This document shows positions 40,450-52,250 of a stretch of 58,279 nt of DNA, piece after piece. The number at the start of each line of letters is the position of its first letter. Within the stretch, counting starts at the first letter, position 1. The notes under the pieces were generated by a model. It was not told the origin of the DNA. It ran no database searches and saw only the letters and a list, made by a program, of their open reading frames with translations. Location of the stretch: the NCBI RefSeq assembly GCF_001194135.2, contig NC_068997.1, positions 6,294,670 through 6,352,948 of the forward strand. Direction: 5' to 3'. The stretch is from Octopus bimaculoides (taxonomy: Eukaryota). The position numbers were made by a program, and so were the translations under genes.

Positions 40450-41650
40450 GTGAATATTATCTCCAACTTTGAAGCCACTACAATCAGCCTTGTTAAATAA
40501 CTGGTTAATCTTCAGATGAATTAATTGAGGGAACCTTTTATTCAAGATCGTAATGATTTTCGACTGAAACTAGAATTTACCATGCAGGGAGTTACTACAA
40601 GCAACATGACTGGACACGACATTAACAACAACACACCCGACGAACAGAACGAAAACAACAGCTCAACAGGTAAACAGAATCTTTCTAGCTGTTTTTATGG
40701 AGGATCCGTAATTACAAAACTCATTTTTCTTAGAGTTATGAATTGAGTACTGATTTATTTAACTGTTATAGGAGAGTGAAACAAAACCGCGCTGTTGGGT
40801 ATATGAATAGACTGAAATCATATTGGGTCTATCTGCACCTAGCACAAAATCATTTGACTGTAAAACAATTACGTCAACAAGTAAAATTTGTGGAACATAG
40901 GAAGAAAGTTAGTGATTGTAACTTTATTAAAAGAAGATCTCAAGTTAGCCTTCTCCCAAGCAAACAGTGAACAATGTTAGAACTCCACACAGTTTCACAG
41001 TTAACAACATTCCAACAGATTCTATACTGCCTACCAGCCAAGCTACATTGCAGGTTAACGCAACTGACCATTGTCCCTCTAAAGATCATTGTAGTAGTAA
41101 TCAGGGGGGGGGGTATATCCGTGAAATATGCACTAAGTAAAATTTTTAAAGAAAAAGTAACTTTAGCTCTGAAGTACTCCCTCGAAGAGAGAGTATTCTT
41201 TGCCAAAGTAAGGAAAGACTAACAGACACGGTATTAAAAGCTGATAATGAAATTGGAGAGGGGTATTTACAGCAGTGTAATCAGCCCTCTTTCTGGCAGA
41301 TTAACGCCTGTCTATAAGCTTTGCCTACTACCGCAAAACAATAGACAAAGGACCCTCAAAAAGTAAATAAAACCGAAGCAACAAAGAAAGTGTCATCATG
41401 GGTTTTAACAACAGAGGAAAGGACAGCTGACTTACAGAAGACCATCAGCCGTGTAAGATATAGACCCCTTCTGGAGGAAAATCTAGAGAAGATATAGACC
41501 CCTTCTAGAGGAAAATCTAGAGTGAAAAGATGGAGTTTAACCGAGGTGCTCTGTGACTGAAAGAAATTTGAAGAAGTTATTGCCCCTGTGGAAGTCGCGA
41601 AGTTCTCCGTTTTATGATTCAATACTACATATACCTATTGCACTTACTAT
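40450..41650 (+). mobile_element. Probable 5' region of an R4/Dong-like non-LTR element; inverted sister copy at about 19960-20190
   Basis: CYRRVK....GYMNRLKSYW..LH....HLTVKQLRQQ resembles the R4-clade ORF N-terminus. Block 40450-40685 is visibly homologous to the reverse complement of 19960-20190. 34-bp tandem duplication at 41455-41522. Confidence 0.5.
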
Positions 41651-41747
41651 TTCTCTATTTTTAGAANNNNNNNNNNNNNNNNNNNNNNNNNNNNNNNNNN
41701 NNNNNNNNNNNNNNNNNNNNNNNNNNNNNNNNNNNNNNNNNNNNNNN

Positions 41748-41797
<50 letters not shown>

Positions 41798-43717
41798 CTG
41801 TGTTTGTGCGTGAGTGTGGGTGTATGAGTGCGTGTGTGCGTATGTAATTTCGAATATTACTAATTTGAACAAGTTTTCTTGTCGACGCTAAATAGACAAA
41901 TTCTCTGTCGGATTGTTAACAGATAAGTCTTAGTACGTGAGTATCTGTTTGTAGTCAACGCTAAACACTAGACTATTATATCACTGACCAAACATAACAA
42001 GCTTCACATATCAACAACAATTTTTCTGTCTTCTTTTAATTCAAACATTCAGTAGTTTTTTGTTCACAAGTTTCTGAATTTGGAAACAGTAGAACAGTTA
42101 CTGTTTTTAAGATTTTACTTGAATAACTCTTCTCTTAAACTTTGTTCTGTGAACCTGCACTAGATCTACGTGGTGACCAAATAGATTAGCATAATAAATG
42201 AAAATCGCCTGTTGTGTTAGAGGTGAAGTGGGCTATATGTCTTTAATAAGGTTGTCATTTCTTTTATACAAAACGTTTATTATAAATGAAAAACAAACTA
42301 TTGCACTATAGAAGTTGTGTCTTCTCACATAAGCACGAGGTTTATATCAAATATGATGCTGTAGTACGTTCATACCTTTTCCGTGGTGTTTAGTAACTAA
42401 ATTCAAGAGAAGTAACTCGAACCACGTAACCAATGTACACTACAGATAAAGTATTTCTTTACAACGTATTACATTACGTCATACAAGAGAAAAAAGATAC
42501 ACACACACAGATATAATATAACTCGATGCTTTAAGAACGAATTCCTTCGGTCTATTTGTTCTGCGGTGAATTACAGACGCCAATGAATAAATATCTAATC
42601 AGCTCTACCTCTTTCCCCAAACTGGAATCGTGTTTCTTAAGTTTAAAATCATCCTAACTCTACAGTCAGTATTATAACATGGTTTTCAAAAGGATTTTTT
42701 TAAGCTATTTAAATTTTTTTAAAAATTGCTCTCATATTCAAATTGGTATCAATCAAATCACACCCGACAGTGCAGTTAATTAGTGTAGAAATAGATCTGT
42801 AAAAACTAAGGAGACAAAGAACTCTCAGATATTCATATCATCTGTGACAATGGCATTCGGAATGGATCATAGGAATCTTCCAAATATTTCATTTCATTTC
42901 AAAATCTAACTGTAATTCTAAAATACCCTTTGTTAAAATAAATCCTTTAAGAGTAACTAATTATAATTAAATAACTTGATTGACCAGAAAAATATAATTC
43001 AGTTCAGAAAATGGATCGGATAAAAGCCTAAAAGTAGTTAAACAACAGATCAAACTGTCTTCTTTGAATTCTAATATGAATTAATTATTAATGATGAAGA
43101 AGATGAGGGATAATAGAGTGAGCTTGTCCGTTCCAATTTCATTCATTTAAGAGTTAATATGAAATAACAGGATTCATACAATATTTAAACAAGAAAAGGG
43201 GGAAAGCAGTGCTTATCAGAAAGAAAACTTTTAATGAGTAAAATAATTATATGCTTTTAATGTGACTTGTTTTTTGGGTTTTTTAATTAGTAATTATTAT
43301 CATGACTTTGTTAAAATATCTATTATTATTTCAATGTTAATCTTCTTTCACATTTAATGTTTTAGTATCGCAAATGTTTCAGACTCTTGTTATTAACTCC
43401 TTTGTTGATGTTTGTCTGTTGATCTAACTGCTCCCATAAAATACAGCTATAATTCATTAACGGGCATTTACACATACAGATCGCTTAATACTCACACATG
43501 AAAACACACACAGATATATATATACACAAATATACAACAATACATATGTATGTATGCATGTATGAATGCATGTGTGTATGCATGTATGAGTGTGTATGAA
43601 TATATGTATCTATGTGTGTATGAATGTATACATGTAAGAACGTATATGGCTGGTTACACTTTGTTAAATGTTTCATACATCTTTATAGTTTTTTTTTTTT
43701 TAATAATAGTGTCTTAC

Positions 43718-44245
43718 CTTTTCTCCTTTCATATTTGCTACACACTGCGGTCCAGTAGCAGCCGCAAAAGTTCGCATTCCTAATCGTCTCCAAAACATGT
43801 CACATTCTCTGTTGGAATAGAGTTCAGCACTGGTCATGTTGTGTAACTGAAATCTTGCTGCACGTGAATTACGGATGTCACCAATCTCTTCCAATTTATA
43901 AACTTCCATTCGGATAGAATTTTGAACTGGATCATGGAGGAAACTGTATATCTTTTGCTGAGCTGGTTTAATTGATTTGTCCATAAAATGTTCCACATAA
44001 AAGTTTGTAGTATCATCGTCCAAAGATGGCAGTTGAATCGGTGTATAGCGTGACCAAAAGAAGATATGTCGTTCTCGTGTGGGTACAGCATTTGACAAAT
44101 AAGCGTCATTGTGATACTGTTTTAGGTTGCTATACTCTCCGGGAAGTATTCGAGCCAAAATTCGCAAATCACGCCTTAAAGACGCTAGCGCCACTCGCGT
44201 AATCATAAGAAGAATGAAGCATATAATCTTTTTGAACTCGGCCAT
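43718..44245 (-). CDS. Exon 1 (176 aa) of a secreted CpcT/CpeT-domain protein: signal peptide plus most of the T-type bilin-lyase-like barrel
   Basis: ATG at 44245 opens MAEFKKIICFILLMITRVALA, with basic n-region, hydrophobic core and A-x-A site. Collinear matches to cyanobacterial CpcT as remembered: DLRILARILPGEYSNLKQ ~ DIATLARWMAADFSNQAQ; RHIFF ~ AHIRV; NFYVEHFMD ~ GFFVEQAYD; IRMEVYKL ~ IHIENYTV; ECDMFW ~ GCNMIV; PQCVANMKGEK ~ KGCIVVRKGQK. Ends GAA AAG|gtaaga, a phase-0 donor at 43718/43717. Confidence 0.9.
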
Positions 44246-44941
44246 AGATATGTGTTATTTGTAAATCACTCAGACATCCAAAACCAATTTCAGGGAAATT
44301 AAATATGCATATTTTAAGCATTTAATCAAAATTCTTTTTGTTATAATTCATTGTCGAAATCATTTTTCTCTACCTGGACTACTTTGACACTTCATGCTAT
44401 CATTGCCATAACTGTTTACATCAGCAAGAAACGATTGTTCATTTTATGAAGGAAGTTTCATGATAGCGCCCGTTAAAACAATTTCATAGCAGATATGTGG
44501 TTCCCGTTCATGTACATTATTGTTGGTGCATCTAAAAAATAAAATATAGCATTCACTTAACGTTGTTAATACGATTTAAGTTAATGATTAGTTTAACTAA
44601 ATTCAGCCCTTATAAAACAATACTTATTAACAAAAATTGTCTGTACAATTTCTTTGCGGACAAAAATAACAAAACAAGCAAAATATTAACGTTTTATGCA
44701 GAAATATCTTCACATGTAAAGAAAATCATATCAAACTATTTCACATGCACATCACACTATCATCAATTTATCGTAGATAATCAGGCTGAAAAAATTAACA
44801 TCACACGCCCTAGCATTTGACAGAAAGTCAATTTACACTCAATTATGGGGAAAACTTTGAATCAATTCATTCCATATGCCCATTCATTTAAACACACATA
44901 GAAATAAACACAGAGGCTCAAATGTGTATGTATTTATGTGA

Positions 44942-44974
<33 letters not shown>

Positions 44975-45288
44975 TATGCACATGTATAGTTATGTGTGTG
45001 CGTAAACACGTCTACTAAATAATTTGACTATTGTATAACCATTAAGTAACCGCTTAAGAAACCAGCTAGTGATGCGATAACGACTTTGCCAAAACAAATT
45101 ATTTATCATAACATCACAGACAGAAACGTAAACTTTGCTTTTGGCGGGAAACCAAGAAAAAAACATATGTTCACAATTTTTCCGAAACGATTATGAGTCA
45201 ATCGACATTGCAAGAATTGGTCAATTATGAAGAATAATTTCAGTGAATAACGAAGTAACCAACAATACCTTGCGTTCAAATTATCTTT

Positions 45289-45320
<32 letters not shown>

Positions 45321-46079
45321 ATAGTAGTAGTAGTTCGATCTAGGTGAAATAATTCTGCTTTCAGTGACTCAGAACGATATCTATTTACAAAACAAAATAT
45401 ACAGGGCGTTATGTGGTTAAGAACTTCGCAAACAGGTCCTTCCTGCTTCGATTACGTAGTGTCTTCTGATTCTGTAGCCCCGAATTGGTCAATGTTTCCT
45501 TCGCTGGAAAAACATTAATGACTTCCTCTCACTGCATTTCGCTTGTGTATCAGCGGTTTGTGTAAAATAAGCGTATCATACTAACCAGAGATGGTTGTTT
45601 GATTAAGGAATTCCTTTCACAAGTACGGAGTTTCAGCTTTAATTGCACTAATTTGTGATTCCACACAATATATATCTGTGTTTTAACTTGATGGTTGTTT
45701 TAATTTTCAAGTTCCACCAATAGTCTTTTGACCTAACGGTCTGAATACGGTCAACTTCATTTGTCGGTATTTCCTTTTTTGTTATCCTGTTCTAGACCAT
45801 TTTGGCAACCGCATTATGCCTCATGGCAAGATAATAACATTCTTTCACAGTTGGCAATAATGTGGTTAATGTCTTCAGTCTTGAGCTTGCAAAACCTAAA
45901 TCTGTTGTCTGTCAACATTTTCTGCCTTTTATGTTGTAATGAGTGAGGATCTCTTGTTTTTGGAATGCATCGATGTAGCCTTCAAAGTGGGATATATGTA
46001 TATATGTATGTATGACATTTCCATGAGTAAAATGCACCGATTTTGCCTTAGAGGATAAGCAATTAATTATGAATTTTAA

Positions 46080-46420
46080 CCTCGTGGTATATAACAAAAC
46101 AGAGATAAGAGAAATCACAAACAAACATTAAGGAATCAATCAACATGAATGAAAGAAAATTTCAGGAAGTCATAATAAGGACGTACTAAACACTTTAAAC
46201 AGGATTTAATGAGAAAAGAAAAGCTAACAGGCACCAATAAACTGGCAGTTCCAGTAAGAAATGAGTGTTTTAATATTCTCAACTGGACGCCGAATCAATT
46301 AGGAAGAGTTGATATGAAAGGCAGAGAAATATAATGCTTTAAGAATACACCACCCAGAATTTTAAGAAAGAAAGATTATATTACCACGAGTATAGGATGA
46401 TAGGGGTCTTATTTAATTAG
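46080..46420 (+). mobile_element. R4/Dong-like LINE RT fragment, heavily decayed
   Basis: Readable remnants of AINKLAVPV..ILNW...R.D.K.R...IHHP....RLYLPR...RGL. Confidence 0.55.
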
Positions 46421-46664
46421 GAAACTATTATAAAAGGAATTTCCTGTAGTTGTGCGAACATATCTGTAAAAACAACGGAAGATTGATATTGATGGCTTCA
46501 GAATACAAACAAAAACCCTGTTCTTTACATTCAAATAAACCAACAGATATTTAAACAATTGAAATGGTTGGCATTTGCGAGGAAACAGAGAAATAAAACT
46601 GAAAATTGTAAAAAGAAAATGCCTACATATATTATATACAAACAAACATACATACATACCCCCC

Positions 46665-46724
<60 letters not shown>

Positions 46725-47582
46725 NNNNNNNNNNGAGAGAGAGAGAAAAGTCGTCAGAATTTAGGGGAAAAAATCTTTTTATTTCTTTATTATTATTAAC
46801 GCTTTTGTTCCTTTCTTGAACTTGTCAAATAAAATTTTGGGAATTTACAAACAGCTTGTTCATTATATAAAACAGATGTTTTTTGGGGAGTTTTGTCTAG
46901 AAGAGAAAATTGTTTTTGTTTTTTGGGGTGAGTTTCCATGACAATGGAGATGGATAGATAGAAATATAGGTAGGTAGATAGGCTAATAGCAAAGAAAGCC
47001 CAATCCCGCCCAGAAAATTTCTTATTAAAGTAACAAGTGATTCACTGGAAGAGACAAGGATACGTTCGAATTTAGCTCTATGCTGACTGGAAACAGAAAT
47101 CGCTCTTCTACAATCACGGAAAATAAGACACGAAGAAAAAGTCAAAAATATTGTCGCAGTTATGTTCGCTGAAATTGCTGAGCGGAGTGACAATGTCATG
47201 AAAAACTACAAAATCTATGGAAAGAAGACACAAAGCGGGAAGAAGAGAAATCCATAAAAATGTGGGAAAAACAACAAAAGTAATTCACTAACTATGAAAA
47301 AACTATGGAGACAAATCCATTATGAAAACAAAACCATAACAACAACGAAATACGAGGAAATCGAAAACAAACATAGACACTAACCCCAGAGGAACCGGAT
47401 TGAGGTATTGAACCTCTAATTACCCACTTTTTAATGATATATTTCTTGTACTCCTGATCAAAAGTTTTTCTACTTCCTCATGGGTATGGGGGGGGGGGTC
47501 TTGGCATCTGAGGCTACTCCTTGTGGCCCAATGTTAGGATTCTTTTCTTTTCCAACAGTCTAATCTGTTGAGTGTATATCAA

Positions 47583-47626
<44 letters not shown>

Positions 47627-47740
47627 ATCTTAGGGACATGAAATATTATTAGAAGGGTTCTGTGCACTTGAAAGACTATTGAAAGCAAGTGGTTACCCAC
47701 ATAAATCCTACCAGAAATAAGATCAAACCTGAGTCAAATC

Positions 47741-47786
<46 letters not shown>

Positions 47787-47799
47787 GATGCAGTACCAA

Positions 47800-48150
47800 T
47801 TCCCTTATGCAATACCAATGCCATGACGCAGTACCAGGCAGTGGCTCTTTTGGCTTTTGATCTTAACTGACTGGAAGTATTATCCATGTACATTGCTTTG
47901 TCTTGGTATAAAAGAGGAATTCTTTGGGGTTTGAATGATTCACCTCTGGAAAACAAACTTTATTCAGGGACCTTTTGAGCGGGATACGCTACTCAACCTG
48001 AAGAAAATTCTGAGTCCCAACTGTAAGGTCGTGCGCTGTTTATCTTAAGTTCACCATGCCGCGCACATGTGGCTGTGATGCATGTACTGGGTGTACCCTT
48101 ATCAGACGGGTAGTCATGATGAGTGTACTGGGCTTCGTATATTTGTACCC
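47800..48150 (+). mobile_element. Non-autonomous repeat ending in (AAT)n; second copy at about 50880-51095
   Basis: Both copies share ctactcaacctgaagaaaattct..tcgtgcg(c/t)tgtttatct..ggctgtgatgca..ttatcaga(c/t)gggta..ggg(c/t)ttcgt(a/g)tatttgtaccc. Confidence 0.6.
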
Positions 48151-48151
48151 C

Positions 48152-48180
<29 letters not shown>

Positions 48181-48182
<2 letters not shown>

Positions 48183-48345
48183 GATTGATACTACTAGAGT
48201 TGCATTGATTTAGAAATCTGCTCTATTGGGAACAGCAAGGATTGTAAGAAAAGTTTTCAGTATCTAAGGAAACTGGTTGTGATCCGGTATCAAGTTCACT
48301 GATTTCGAATATAAAACACTCGTGCATGCCATGGGTAATAATAAT
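48181..48345 (+). mobile_element. R4/Dong LINE 3' terminus between (AAT)n tracts; a second 3' end at about 47620-47700
   Basis: KSALLGTARIVRKV (R4-clade C-terminal LLGTARILRKVL motif), short UTR and (aat)n tail; second copy reads ILGT*NIIRRVL. Confidence 0.7.
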
Positions 48346-49004
48346 AAAAAAACAATAGTAATGAATATTTTCCTAGTGATCCACATAATATAGGTTAACA
48401 ATCAACCTATATTATACGTTATATAGTTTGATTCTTGTTAATTTATAGTTAATTAAATGGTGTCGCCTAATAATTACGTAGAAATATTCCGACAGTGAAT
48501 ATCAGTTGGGCGTTGGAGTGAAAATATTTTGATGGGTTTAAATAGTTATTAACACATGAAAAAATCTTCAAATGTATACAAACTGCCTGCCCTAATCATA
48601 TTTTCTAATATACTGCCAGCTATAATGATGTATATCTTCAAACGGAATATTCAAATCTGTATTAATCTTTTCCATATGGTAGTCTTCCAGAGAAAATTAG
48701 TTTCATGCATAGCTTTAATACATACACAACACAAACCAACCTAGAATATCTATATATGGTCCAGTGTTTCATAGCTGCTTAAATAAACAATCGAAACCTA
48801 AAAGACGGGGTAAAAGTGAGAGCATATAGAAATCGAATCGTAATCCTTTGGTTAAAACCATAACACTTCACCATAAATCAGTTAGTCATCACCATTTCTC
48901 ACTCACCGGTTTTTATTGGTTGACGTACCAACTACCCCGACAATTCCATTGTGCTATTAGAAACAGCATACAGCAACCATCTTACTTGACTTTCGTTCTT
49001 AACT

Positions 49005-49039
<35 letters not shown>

Positions 49040-49112
49040 CGCACGCTCTTTGAAATATCCTCTTTCATTAATCAATGTATTAGAGACGGACAGACAGACA
49101 GTCAAACATACT

Positions 49113-49166
<54 letters not shown>

Positions 49167-49529
49167 GAAAGGCAGAGATGGGAAAAGAAAGAGAATAGCA
49201 TTTCCTTATTAGAATGAGCTTATGGTATTTTAATGGGATTTGCAAAGCACTCATTACTACAGTTGGAAAAGACATCGTTTACTCCATTGAAGTAAACTGC
49301 TCACCCAGATATTCTAACGGAAACAATATAACATCAGATTCATATTCACCGCATCTCGACCAGTTACAGAAAGGTAACTTCATTCAGATAGATGTACCAA
49401 TTAAGTAATACTGTCTTAATTTATTTTCGTGCTTGAGGAGAAATCTGATCTATACTTGCAGACAGAGACAACTATAAACATGCTTTAGTATTACATGACC
49501 TCATCAACATGGTGTGTAGTTTACCATTA

Positions 49530-49605
<76 letters not shown>

Positions 49606-49699
49606 GGATGGAATAAAATCTAAGCAGTTAATACGTGGGCGATAGCATCACTTTGGTATGGAGCGGGAATTGTAAGATGGCAAAAGAGAGAAATGCTGA

Positions 49700-50330
49700 A
49701 AATGGATACCCCAAGACCAGAAAAATGTTGACAGTACACGGAGCCTTCCACCGTAAGAGTGACACCGATAGGCTGTACTTGTCCAGAAGAAAGGGTGGGA
49801 CAGGTTCGATCAGTTGCCAGGATTTATCGAAGCAGAAGAAAACACTGTTGAAACACACGAAGAAGGCCGGCGTCATCAAAACTGAAAACTGTGTAACTAA
49901 AGAAAAATTTAAAGAAGAAATGAACAAAAAAATAGAAAAAGCATGGAAGGAAAAAATGTACGGTGAGTTTGCAAGAGATGTGAACGCCAAGACAGATGCA
50001 GAGGACCGGTGGCTATTGATGAGAAGGAGTGACCTGAAGATAGAGATAGAAGCATTCATATGTATATGAGCAGCTCAGGAACAAGCGTTAAGAACCAATC
50101 ACAGGAAGTGCAGAATTGACAACACTACCGATAGCGGCAAATGCAGAATGGGTGGTGAGAGGGGTGAAACAGTATGACACATCGTTCTCGAATGCCCGAA
50201 ATTGCACAACGCGAATACAAACGACGCCGTGACAATGTTGCAAAAAAGATCCTTTGGGAACTCTGTGGAAATCACGGTCTACAAAGAGCAAAGACGAGGT
50301 ACGAACAGCTGACACTTTCCATCATACCCA
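49700..50330 (+). mobile_element. R4/Dong-clade LINE fragment: RT end, CCHC zinc knuckle and start of restriction-like endonuclease
   Basis: HGAFHRKSDTDRLYLSRRKGGTG, MYGEFARD, DLKIEIEAFIC.AQEQALRTN, CRM.GERGETV.HIV..CP.., REYKRRRDNVAKKILWELC; directly preceded by about 26 AAT units. Confidence 0.85.
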
Positions 50331-50367
50331 GAAAAATAAGCTGTGAGTTTTCATATAATAATAATAT

Positions 50368-50410
<43 letters not shown>

Positions 50411-50880
50411 AACTAACAGGACCCGTGAATATTTCACGGAATTAATGGTAAATTTAGTTCTGAAAACTTTATCCAAAAAAACCTGAAAGTGTAGCCAGTG
50501 TTGTGTCTGTATGGAAAGAGAGTCTCTCATCTGCTAATTATTGAAAAGTGAAAGAAATTGGAATACGATGATTACTTAATACACTTTATATATACACCTC
50601 ATACACTTTATGCAGAATTTTAGACTTAAGATACAGTACTCTCACTCTTCGCCTTACTCTCTTTTTCCCTCTACTTCTTATTTCGCTCTTCGCCTTTCCC
50701 TTCAACTAATCACGTAAAAGTGTTACAGACGGGCTAAATAACGGAGGAAAAAAACATAGTTAAAAAAATTACACATTTTACTCGCCACTACCCCTTCCTC
50801 CCCTTATCGCCCCACCCCCTCCCATTCCTCTCAACTCTTCCATCCGTCTCATCCCCCTCCCCTTCAGCTAACCACATGGA
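50411..50880 (-). mobile_element. Possible non-autonomous Helitron with its 3' end at 50411
   Basis: Minus strand ends ccgtgaa-ata-ttcacgg hairpin, gtcctg, TTAG|T, close to the hairpin plus CTRR Helitron 3' signature. The 5' boundary is a guess. Confidence 0.4.
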
Positions 50881-51093
50881 CTTCTGAGCGGTATAAGCTA
50901 CTCAACCTGAAGAAAATTCTAACCGAGCCCCACCTGCAAGATCGTGCGTTGTTTATCTCGATACAAGATCAACATGTCGTGCACATATGGCTGTGATGCA
51001 CGTGCCTGGTGTACTCTTATCAGATGGGTATATTGGGTTTCGTGTATTTGTACCCTAGTGTCACCTTGATGGTATGCGCTGCTCTCTCACTCT

Positions 51094-51133
<40 letters not shown>

Positions 51134-51356
51134 TAATAATAATAATAATAATCTTCCAGATGTGGAAGAAAGTAAAGAATTTGGGGTGGAACAGGCTGGC
51201 GAAACAAGGCGCAGAGTAACCAACAAGAGCGGAAAGACAACTTGCAACTGTACCAAGACAAAAGGATATCAGAATTCATCTACGAGGGGATGTTCATTAA
51301 ATATTTACCCTGACCTACTTCCCACGGAATGGGATAAACGAAACTCGACATAATCA

Positions 51357-52250
51357 TTATTCCTTCTCTACATAGTCACCACCAATGTTGACACACTTTT
51401 CCCATCACTTTATGCAGCTGTGAAGACCTCTTCTGTAGAAGTCAGTAGGTTGTGACTTTACCTTGGAAATAAGTTCATTATCATCCGAAATGTGCTTCCC
51501 CTTCAAAAAAGCCTTCATAGTTGGAAAGAGGCAGCAGTCAGATGGTGCAATGTCAGTAGAGTAAGGGGGGGAGGATTTCATAGCCACGGGAGTGTGCTTT
51601 CATCTGGGCAACATGCGCATTGTGAACTGGGCGTCGTCTTGGAGGAAGCGAACTCCTTTGGTCAGCATGCCGCGTCTCTCTGCTTTGACAGCGTCCTGCA
51701 ATTTCAGCAGCAGAAAAGAACAATATGCCCCGCTAATTGTGGTTCCCTTTGCCAGAAAATCCATCATCATTACTCCGCGCTGGTCCCAAAAGACTGTAGT
51801 ATTCACCTTGCCCGCTGAGGGTTGGACACGAGCTTTCTTTGGAGGTGGTGCATGCTTCCATTGCTTCGACTGGACTTTAGTCTCAGAATCATAGTGATAG
51901 ACCCATGTTTTATCTTGTGTGATAAGTCTGCCGAAAAAGTCCTCCTCGTTTTCTTAGCACAGTGCCAAAAGAGCCTGGAGACAATTAACTCGTTCCTGCT
52001 TCTGAAAAGGTGTGAGCGCCCGGGGAATCCATCGTGCAGACAACTTCCGCATATGCAAATGGTCGTGAATGATTTTTTTTTCCACGGACCCTACACTTAT
52101 CTCCACTCCTTGGGCTAGTTTACCGAATAGTTATGCGGTGATCCTTCAAGATGGCGGCTTCAAATTTATGGACGGTGTCGTCATCAATGGCAGGATGTGG
52201 TGGTCCAGGAATAGGAGCAGTTTCATAACACAAAAATTATTTACTGAAAA
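51357..52250 (-). mobile_element. Degenerate mariner transposase of a different subfamily from the 30.7-kb copy
   Basis: Motifs across stops and frameshifts: ARWIPRALT (WVPxxLT), ITQDKTWVYHYD, QS.QW, NTTVFWDQRGV, FLQDDA, PPYSTDIAPSDCCLFP, WEKCVNIGGDYVEKE*. Confidence 0.88.

Larger units (their letters stand above)
4043..46734. other. Eleven assembly gaps (N runs)
   Basis: 4043-4333, 7363-7630, 9611-10094, 21362-22010, 23002-23101, 28436-28759, 29671-29897, 32796-32970, 39942-40094, 41667-41747, 46725-46734. Confidence 0.98.

Noticed and set aside
43718-44245. Bacterial or algal contamination as the source of the CpcT-like ORF
   Set aside because: It splices via canonical sites to exons 25-40 kb away amid host repeats and has a eukaryotic-type signal peptide.
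44330-44350. TATAA about 100 bp upstream of the ATG as a promoter
   Set aside because: Expected by chance in about 70% AT DNA; the TSS is unknown and a non-coding first exon cannot be excluded.
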